A DNA stretch of 64,000 bases from Clostridiales bacterium (GTDB taxonomy: Bacteria; Bacillota; Clostridia; Christensenellales; UBA1242). The translations under genes were made by a program, and so were the position numbers. The notes below the pieces were generated by a model, which was not told where the DNA came from, ran no database searches, and saw only the letters and a program-made list of their open reading frames with translations. Where the stretch lies: NCBI GenBank assembly GCA_015055605.1, contig SVHV01000001.1, positions 513,999 through 577,998 of the forward strand, in the 5' to 3' direction. Positions 57,142 to 64,000 of this stretch are shown one piece after another; the first letter of the stretch is position 1, and every line of letters begins with the position of its first letter.

Positions 57142-59181
57142 TTCTCTACTATTATCTTGAATAATTTCTTTATGTACATCTTCTGTAGCATAAATTCTAG
57201 GTGGCTGAGTAGTTGTGGCATAAATCATTAAATCATCAAGTGTATCACCTAATTGCAAAGGACACTTATTCTTATGATTTTTCTTAGGAGGTTGTCCTTT
57301 ATGCTGAACTTTTCTCCTCATACCACATTTAACCAACATACTATCAATCATAGATTGAGTTAATCTAACTGACCTTACCTCATCATAAGGAAGAGTTATT
57401 GAAATATTCTTAGGGTCATCTGTTTTAATTAACATTCCATCTGGGTAAAAGTTTACAATTCTACCACCCACAAATTGACCTAAGTGGTCTCTAGCCCAAA
57501 TTGAGCCTAATAATGCATTATATTCTTTTTCTGCTGCAGCAGCATTTCTCTCCTGCTCACTAAATCTCATAGCAAGTGATGCAATACTTGACTCATTATA
57601 CATAATATTACCATTCATAATATACTCAAGCATTTGAGATTGAATGATATAACTAGGAGCATTTCTGATAGGAGATGTAGAATAAGCATAAGCTGTATGA
57701 GATATGTCGCCTTCAAACTTAAAGCCATTATAACTACCAGTTTCTTTGAAATATCTCATTCTAGCATCATCAGCAGCACCCTTAGCTTTATGTCCACCCT
57801 TCTTAGTCATAAATGCATCATAAAAATCATTTGCTCTGATACCTAAACCGAAGTGCCCATCATTTATATGAGAATAATATGCTTCTTTAAATGATTTAAG
57901 AACTAATGAAGTAACAGGTTCTTCAATATTTTTACCTTTAACAGACCTAAGTAGTCTAATATAAGATTCACCAGTTGGAGAATGTGGAAGACCTAATCCA
58001 AATCCTGCTAACCTCTCACTTAGGATAGCGGCAGACATCTCATCTGGTAAAGAGTGATTTCTATACATAGTAGGAATGCCTAATTTTTTAGCAATTTCAC
58101 CACTAATCTCATTTGTTAAGATTGCAGTAGACTCAATAACTTTTGTAGACGCTTCAGCCTGTTCTTCCTCTACAGAAACAACAGATTCTCCTGACCTGTC
58201 TAACACAAAATGAGGCTTAAATGATGTAACATCTAATGCACCTCTTTCTTTTCTTTGTCTAGCAAGTATATCTGACACCTCAAATAAAGCATCAATAGAG
58301 GGCTTTACTTTTGCAGTCCTAGCAGCAAGACCAGCAAATCTACTCTGGTCATCTACTGTATCACAGTGACCAAATCTAATATAGTCTGCATCTTTATATG
58401 TAAGTCTATGTCTACTATTAATAACTGCTGGTTCTAATGAATATTCTAAAATACTACCATCAGGAGCAATCTTAGCAGTTGTACACATTACAACCCTATC
58501 CTCTCCCTCATTGATAGAACATAGTACATTTGAAATCTTCTCTGGGAGCATTGGATATACGGTATTACCCAAATATGAACTTGTTCCCCTACTTAGAATC
58601 TCAAAGTATAATGGAGAACCATTATGAATATAATTAGCCACATTAGCAATAGCTACTCTTAGAGTGTATGTGCCGTCATCATGTTTTTCTGCATATACAG
58701 CATCATCAAAGTCTTTTGCAGTATCAGGGTCAATAGTTACAAAGTCAACATCTCTTAAATCTCTATAGCCCCTCCACTGAGCTTTTGCAACAGAAGAAGG
58801 CATATCTTCAGTTTGCTGGATAGCATTCTTTCCAAAAGGCACATTTAGATTGTGTACTGATGCTATTGCAAGTCCCTCAGGTATAGGGTCTCCCTCTTTA
58901 CCTATGATATCTGTAATTCTACCAGATATACTTGAAGATAGTTTAGGAGTTTTATCCAATTCAAAAATACATAACTCTCCTGAGTATGCTAGTCTTTTAG
59001 CTACTTCATCTTGCTTAATATCATAAATACAAGAATCTTTAGACTCGAAAAAATATCTGTCGCCCTGGACAATTACTCTTCCTCTGATTTTGTTATTAAC
59101 AATTCCACTGTGTTTTTCTGCCATATTCCCATTTTCCCCTTTGCTTTTCTTAATTTTAACACAATAAAGAACCCATTTCAA
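57130..59181 (-). CDS. rnr: Ribonuclease R (RNase II/RNB family)
   Basis: VTIDPDTAKDFDDAVYAEK (RNB catalytic Asp block), a long RNB core, and a C-terminal S1-like segment (GQFVGGRIVNFYPDGMLIKT). The likelier start is MAEKHSG at 59124; the track start 59181 is retained here. Confidence 0.85.
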   Translation of the reverse strand: MKWVLYCVKIKKSKGENGNMAEKHSGIVNNKIRGRVIVQGDRYFFESKDSCIYDIKQDEVAKRLAYSGELCIFELDKTPKLSSSISGRITDIIGKEGDPIPEGLAIASVHNLNVPFGKNAIQQTEDMPSSVAKAQWRGYRDLRDVDFVTIDPDTAKDFDDAVYAEKHDDGTYTLRVAIANVANYIHNGSPLYFEILSRGTSSYLGNTVYPMLPEKISNVLCSINEGEDRVVMCTTAKIAPDGSILEYSLEPAVINSRHRLTYKDADYIRFGHCDTVDDQSRFAGLAARTAKVKPSIDALFEVSDILARQRKERGALDVTSFKPHFVLDRSGESVVSVEEEQAEASTKVIESTAILTNEISGEIAKKLGIPTMYRNHSLPDEMSAAILSERLAGFGLGLPHSPTGESYIRLLRSVKGKNIEEPVTSLVLKSFKEAYYSHINDGHFGLGIRANDFYDAFMTKKGGHKAKGAADDARMRYFKETGSYNGFKFEGDISHTAYAYSTSPIRNAPSYIIQSQMLEYIMNGNIMYNESSIASLAMRFSEQERNAAAAEKEYNALLGSIWARDHLGQFVGGRIVNFYPDGMLIKTDDPKNISITLPYDEVRSVRLTQSMIDSMLVKCGMRRKVQHKGQPPKKNHKNKCPLQLGDTLDDLMIYATTTQPPRIYATEDVHKEIIQDNSRERDM

Positions 59182-59245
59182 TATGCTTTTTACAATTTAT
59201 TATCATTATTTATAAAAAAAGAGGTTCATAAAACCTCTAATTTTC

Positions 59246-60046
59246 TTATTTTAGTTTCTTAGAAATAGTGTTATATGCCTTTTTGACAGCCTCTAATATC
59301 TCTTCATTTGCGGCAACGGCACACATTTGTTTACCCTTATAAACAGTCTCAAAAACAGCACAACCGGCTTGCTTACACACAAACAATCCAGGTAAGTAGT
59401 CCCAAATATTATTAGTAAATATAACATAACAACTATTTCTGCTACTAGCAACTTGGGTATATTCATAAGAAGATGAGCCCAACTGTTTTACTTGAGCAAC
59501 CTTTTGAGCAAGGGCTAGATACATTTGTTGTTGTAATTCACATATAGGTTTATTCTTAATCTCAAAAGAAGAGAGAGATAGAAGAGAACCTCCTAAAGGC
59601 ACATCTTTATTAACTACCACCTTTTTATTATTAATTTTAAGTCCTGTACTATCTGCAACATAAAGCTCGTCTAAAGATGGAATATAAATAACAGCAAATT
59701 TACAATCTCCATCTACAGTAAATGCTGATTGAATGCCCCACATAGCAATATTATGAGCAAAGTTTACAGTTCCATCTATAGGGTCAAGAATCCATGACCT
59801 ACCAGTGCACTTCTCTTTAGCAGAAAACTCTTCTGCAATAATCTTATCTCCAGGAAAAGTCTCTTGAATTTTTTCTTTAATATATTTTTCTATTGCCAAA
59901 TCTTTGTCTGTTACTTGGTCGCAATTAAATATACTACCTTTCTTAATTTCTACAGTAAAAGGTTTCCCTTTAATAATCTTCTTGTAAGCAGTAACCACAA
60001 GTTTTTTCATAAAATTAATTTCTTTTGTAAACTCACAATTTTCCAT
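59246..60046 (-). CDS. Inositol monophosphatase family protein (SuhB-like)
   Basis: WILDPIDGTVNFAH and AEEF..K motifs. The track start 60067 is a TTG. GGAG lies 6 nt before ATG 60046 (MENCEF..). Confidence 0.8.
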   Translation of the reverse strand: MENCEFTKEINFMKKLVVTAYKKIIKGKPFTVEIKKGSIFNCDQVTDKDLAIEKYIKEKIQETFPGDKIIAEEFSAKEKCTGRSWILDPIDGTVNFAHNIAMWGIQSAFTVDGDCKFAVIYIPSLDELYVADSTGLKINNKKVVVNKDVPLGGSLLSLSSFEIKNKPICELQQQMYLALAQKVAQVKQLGSSSYEYTQVASSRNSCYVIFTNNIWDYLPGLFVCKQAGCAVFETVYKGKQMCAVAANEEILEAVKKAYNTISKKLK

Positions 60047-60145
60047 AAATTTCTCCAAAATATACAATATATTTTAGATTATATCACAAAGACTAAGTTT
60101 GTCATAACCTATTAGAGTAAATATAGAAAAAATCAAAAAACAATC

Positions 60146-60174
60146 TTGAAAAAACCTCTCTTTTATTATATAAT
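60146..60174 (+). promoter_or_regulatory. Near-consensus sigma-A promoter (TTGAAA-17-TATAAT)
   Basis: TTGAAA at 60146-60151 and TATAAT at 60169-60174. AGGAG RBS lies before ATG 60195. Confidence 0.6.
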
Positions 60175-60194
60175 TACTTTATAGGAGAAACACA

Positions 60195-60644
60195 ATGTCT
60201 GGAGTTTTTGAAAGAATAAAAGAACATCTTAATAGAGAAAGAATGAAAACTGTATATAGATTTATATCAGAAAGAGAAAGACAAGCTCTAGAAAATTCAG
60301 ATATATCACAAATAGGCTCACTATGGCAAAGTAATGACGGTAGAAGCAATCACAAATACAGAGAAAATACCAGATATATTCATTTTGTTGATAGTATACA
60401 AGATGCTAATGATATATATAATGCACTAAAGGATAGCAAGGCTTATTTATGCTCATATTCTATCCCTACAAGCGTTTTAAAAAAGTATGTAGGAAAAGGA
60501 TACTATCCTCCTCACGGATACGACTATAGTTATACGGAAATAAAAGAATATGCAATTCCTTCAGAAGAATTTGACTTTAGTTGGCTCATATCTATTCAAT
60601 CTGTTGAGGAATTTTTAAACAAAAAAGACACTCATTGTAAGTAG
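60195..60644 (+). CDS. Hypothetical cytoplasmic protein (149 aa), no family recognised
   Basis: Good promoter, RBS and terminator. No signal peptide or known motif recognised. Confidence 0.6.
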   Translation: MSGVFERIKEHLNRERMKTVYRFISERERQALENSDISQIGSLWQSNDGRSNHKYRENTRYIHFVDSIQDANDIYNALKDSKAYLCSYSIPTSVLKKYVGKGYYPPHGYDYSYTEIKEYAIPSEEFDFSWLISIQSVEEFLNKKDTHCK

Positions 60645-60658
60645 TATGCAAACAAAAG

Positions 60659-60685
60659 AAAAACACCTGTATATAGGTGTTTTTA
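60659..60685. terminator. Bidirectional terminator between convergent genes
   Basis: aaacacct / aggtgttt stem (60661-60668 / 60675-60682), gtatat loop, flanking A- and T-runs. Confidence 0.6.
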
Positions 60686-62254
60686 TATTTTATTATAAAT
60701 ACTCTCAACAACCTTGATTCCGTCTTGGGCAGACGACATTATACCACCAGCATAACCAGCCCCCTCACCCAAAGGATAGAGTCCTCTCACACTACTCTCA
60801 TAATTTTCATCTCTGACAATTGTCAAAGGACAACTAGAACGACTCTCTATTGCAATGAGTAAATTTTCATCTTTAGCAAAATTTTTAAGCTTGTTATTAA
60901 GCAGAGGTAAACCCTCTTTGAGCCCTGCAACAACAAAATCTGGTAAACATTTTTCTATTTTACACAAAGTAATATTAGGTCTGTATGAACAATTAATATC
61001 TGTTTCAATATTTTTATTATAAACAAAACTACCAACGCTCTCTGCTGGTGCATTGAAATTTTTACCACCCAATTCAAAGGCAAGTTTTTCGTATTTGGAC
61101 TGAAACTCTATTCCTGCTAATGGATGCTCTGAACCATAGTCTTGAGGAGTAACATTAATTAGAACTGCACTATTTGCATTTTCTTTATCTCTAGCGAAAT
61201 AACTCATTCCATTAGTTACAATTTCGCCTTCTTCACTCGAGGAAGCCACTACCTGTCCTCCCGGACACATACAGAAAGTAAATATCGACCTACCACTAGG
61301 CAAATGTGCAACAAGTTTATAATCTGCATTAGGCAGTCCATCAATCTTCTCTGCCCCATACTGACTCTTATTAATATCTGCTTGTTTTTGTTCAATTCTA
61401 ACTCCCATCGCAAATGGTTTTTGGGTTAATGTAACACCTTTGTCATAAAGTAGTCTAAATATATCCTTTGCACTATGTCCCACAGCAAGAAATACCTTAT
61501 CAGCAGGAAAGGTTTGTCTGTCATTTGTTTCTACATTTTCTACAGTAATTGATTTTATTGTTTTATCTAATACCTCAATATCAACCAGTCTAGTAGAAAA
61601 CATAAATTTTCCCCCTAGAGATTTAATATGTTCCCTGATATTTTTAACCACTTTTTTTAGTTTGTCACTACCTATATGAGGGTTATGAATATAACCTATT
61701 TCTTTAGGAGCACCAAATGCTATTAATTCATTAATAACAATTTTGCAATACTCGTTATTAAGATTAGTGTTCAATTTACCATCACTAAATGTTCCAGCAC
61801 CACCCTCACCAAATTGAACATTAGAAAACTTATTTAATTTTCGTTCATTCCAAAACTTAAGAACATCTTGCTCTCTGTCTTCAACCATTTTACCCTGTTC
61901 TATAATTATTGGATTGAGACCCATACGAGCAAGGGCAAGTGACGCAAATATACCACTAGGACCAAAACCGATTACATATATATTTTCTTTACTTGATTTC
62001 TTTTCGTAACATAATGTTCTAGTTGTTTTTTCGTAACGCAGATTACTAAACCTGTCTTCTAAATTATTCTTTAAACTAACACCTATATTAGCCACATATT
62101 TTACATTTGGCTTTTTTCTAGCATCTATTGATAGTCTAACAATCTCATACTTTTGTATATTATCTGATTTAATTTTTAATTTCTTGCAGATTGCAGACAA
62201 AATATCATTTTCACTATATTTAATAGGCAAAGAAATTTGGTCAAGTTTTATCAT
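60683..62254 (-). CDS. FAD-dependent oxidoreductase (COG2509-type uncharacterised dehydrogenase)
   Basis: IYVIGFGPSGIFASLALARMG dinucleotide-binding motif and GEGGAGTFSDGKL. The track start 62260 is a TTG. AGGAGG lies 6 nt before ATG 62254, which overlaps the upstream TGA (ATGA). Confidence 0.8.
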   Translation of the reverse strand: MIKLDQISLPIKYSENDILSAICKKLKIKSDNIQKYEIVRLSIDARKKPNVKYVANIGVSLKNNLEDRFSNLRYEKTTRTLCYEKKSSKENIYVIGFGPSGIFASLALARMGLNPIIIEQGKMVEDREQDVLKFWNERKLNKFSNVQFGEGGAGTFSDGKLNTNLNNEYCKIVINELIAFGAPKEIGYIHNPHIGSDKLKKVVKNIREHIKSLGGKFMFSTRLVDIEVLDKTIKSITVENVETNDRQTFPADKVFLAVGHSAKDIFRLLYDKGVTLTQKPFAMGVRIEQKQADINKSQYGAEKIDGLPNADYKLVAHLPSGRSIFTFCMCPGGQVVASSSEEGEIVTNGMSYFARDKENANSAVLINVTPQDYGSEHPLAGIEFQSKYEKLAFELGGKNFNAPAESVGSFVYNKNIETDINCSYRPNITLCKIEKCLPDFVVAGLKEGLPLLNNKLKNFAKDENLLIAIESRSSCPLTIVRDENYESSVRGLYPLGEGAGYAGGIMSSAQDGIKVVESIYNKI

Positions 62255-63399
62255 AGACAACCTCCTACGATTTTACCACTAGTCCATGCCCATTGTAGAT
62301 TATATCCTCCACATACACCATCGACATTACAAATCTCTCCAGTAAAATAGAGATTTGGAACATCTTTACTCATCAGATTTTCATCTAGAGCACCTAAGCT
62401 AACTCCACCAGAATAAACTTGATTATTATCATAACAGCCATTTACAGTGTATGTCAAATTCTTAATAGTATCTGCAATCTCACCAACTTGTGTGTCAGTA
62501 AGTTTAGAAGAGTGAATGTTTGTATTAATTTTACACTGACGAAAAATCTCATTAGCAATACTATTAACAAACATTCCAACAAAGAGTTTATTAAGGGGAA
62601 CATTAAGCCCCTTTCTTTTTATAATTTTCTTACAAAGCTCTTCCCTGGTAATATCAGGCAGTAGATCAATAGTAATTTTACCCTTGAAAGAATTTCTCCT
62701 CGCAAACATAGTAGATAGATTAAATATAACTATTCCACTAATACCCCCGTCCTTGAATAAAACCTCGCCCTTCTCTCTCTTTGTTTCTCCAATAGCATTA
62801 GACGCAGTAACCATAACATTAGCAACCCTAACACCATTTAAGTCTCTAATTTCATTACACTTAAGAGCAGTTAGACTAGGCACAAAAGGTATTGTTTCTA
62901 CACCTAACTTCTTTACAATATCTATAATTGTATTACCACCCGTTGCAACAACTACTCTTTTACAAAGATATATTTCTGTCTCTGTAGCCACTTGAAAGCC
63001 GTCTTTTGTTTTATTAATATCAACAACTTTTTGGTCTAAACAAGCCTCAACTTTGTTTTCCATATTATCTAGTATCACATCTACTACAGATTTAGCAGAG
63101 TTGGAAATGGGATACACTCTGCCCTCTTCATCATAATATGTTTCAAGCCCTATACTATCAAAAAAAGCCAATGTTTGTTTCTCATCAAATCTATTAAGAT
63201 ATCTATCAATATTAGTATTGAAATAGTCAGAGGACATATTAATATTTGTTAGATTACATCTACCATTACCGGTAACCATAATCTTCTTAGCTAAAGATTT
63301 GTTAGCATCAATGATTGCTACTGAATCACAAGCAGAAGACATTGCTACCATACAACCACTAGCACCACCACCGATAATTACTGTATTATAACTTTTCAT
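62251..63399 (-). CDS. HI0933/BaiN-like flavoprotein (aminoacetone-oxidase family)
   Basis: NTVIIGGGASGCMVA and TGNGRCNLTN motifs. AAGGAGG lies 7 nt before ATG 63399; the track start 63447 is upstream of that RBS. Confidence 0.8.
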   Translation of the reverse strand: MKSYNTVIIGGGASGCMVAMSSACDSVAIIDANKSLAKKIMVTGNGRCNLTNINMSSDYFNTNIDRYLNRFDEKQTLAFFDSIGLETYYDEEGRVYPISNSAKSVVDVILDNMENKVEACLDQKVVDINKTKDGFQVATETEIYLCKRVVVATGGNTIIDIVKKLGVETIPFVPSLTALKCNEIRDLNGVRVANVMVTASNAIGETKREKGEVLFKDGGISGIVIFNLSTMFARRNSFKGKITIDLLPDITREELCKKIIKRKGLNVPLNKLFVGMFVNSIANEIFRQCKINTNIHSSKLTDTQVGEIADTIKNLTYTVNGCYDNNQVYSGGVSLGALDENLMSKDVPNLYFTGEICNVDGVCGGYNLQWAWTSGKIVGGCL

Positions 63400-63581
63400 A
63401 ATAAACGCCTCCTTATATAGCCCAAATTTCACACACAAAACAACCAAATAAAATTAAAAAATTCAATTTTACCATCTAAAAATATTATAACACATACAAA
63501 GCATAATAAAGAAATAAAAATAGAATATATATAGGTATTTTTTACTACTCTGAATACTACTTTGCATAGTACCTAAAAAAC

Positions 63582-63613
63582 AAAAAAAGATAGAAACTAT
63601 TTCTATCTTTTTT
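63582..63613 (-). terminator. Rho-independent terminator after rplS
   Basis: agatagaa / ttctatct stem (63588-63595 / 63601-63608), 5-nt loop. The A-run at 63582-63588 gives the minus-strand U-tract. Confidence 0.6.
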
Positions 63614-63619
63614 ATATCA

Positions 63620-63961
63620 TTATCTCTTCTCTTTAATCTTAGCAGCTTTACCAGATAAATCTTTTAAGTAGTATAGTTTTGCTCTTCTTACTTTACCCTT
63701 CTTAACAATCTCAATCTTATCGATTCTTGGAGAATGAAGTGGGAAAGTCTTTTCAACGCCTACACCAAAAGATACTCTTCTAACTGTGAAAGTTTCTCTT
63801 ACACTAGAATTCTTTCTAGCAATAACAATACCCTCGAATACTTGGATTCTCTCTCTAGTACCCTCAACGATTTTGTTATGAACTCTAACAGTATCGCCAA
63901 CATTAAATTCAGGAATTTCTGGTTTAAGATTTTCTCTCTCTAATGCCTCAATAAGTGTCAT
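63620..63961 (-). CDS. rplS: 50S ribosomal protein L19
   Basis: 113 aa: ..[62 protein letters not shown], the canonical L19 sequence. GGGAGG RBS at 63971-63976. Confidence 0.95.
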   Translation of the reverse strand: MTLIEALERENLKPEIPEFNVGDTVRVHNKIVEGTRERIQVFEGIVIARKNSSVRETFTVRRVSFGVGVEKTFPLHSPRIDKIEIVKKGKVRRAKLYYLKDLSGKAAKIKEKR

Positions 63962-64000
63962 TTGACTTTACCTCCCTAATATTACCAAATGTTCATACGA

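Noticed and set aside
63982-64000. Possible 3' end of an upstream minus-strand gene (..RMNIW-stop), which could be trmD given the usual trmD-rplS order
   Set aside because: Only 6 codons are visible and the frame is ambiguous, so it is not supportable as a feature.
1-64000. Mobile elements, CRISPR arrays, rRNA, prophage or defence-system genes
   Set aside because: No transposase, integrase, Cas or restriction-like translation was seen. I also noticed no regularly spaced direct repeats or terminal inverted repeats. The island is defined only by the giant genes themselves.

Overview
Low-GC DNA (about 30% GC by eye, not computed) from an endospore-forming Bacillota-type chromosome. The evidence for that placement is spoIIID, yabP-yabQ-divIC, a SpoIIQ-like M23 peptidase, and Bacillus-like tRNA-Met/tRNA-Glu synteny. 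Three giant predicted cell-surface protein genes cover about 47.2 of 64 kb (~74%). (A) A minus-strand ORF starts at the ATG at 20471 and runs open off the left edge, giving at least 6,823 codons. It is absent from the supplied ORF track, apparently because it has no in-window stop. (B) 20869..36984 minus, about 5,371 aa, lies directly upstream of A. (C) 45049..55686 plus, about 3,545 aa. A and B both begin with lipoprotein-type leaders (..A-C-G-S). They are paralogous mosaics of Ig-like arrays and repeated beta-helix cassettes rich in GG[LIVM][VIAL]G (GLUG-type) turns. C has an N-terminal signal sequence, recurrent D-x-x-G-N strand motifs, and a C-terminal TM anchor with a KKGKYR tail. The rest of the window is ordinary core genes: a ttcA-like PP-loop ATPase, spoIIID, acpP, the M23 peptidase, yabP/yabQ/divIC, three tRNAs each with its own promoter and terminator, a Rho-like protein whose ATPase motifs look degenerate, RNase R, an IMPase-family protein, two translationally coupled flavoproteins, and rplS. 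I saw no transposase, integrase, phage, CRISPR or rRNA signal. Every call rests on hand translation, motif recognition and remembered family knowledge; no searches were run.
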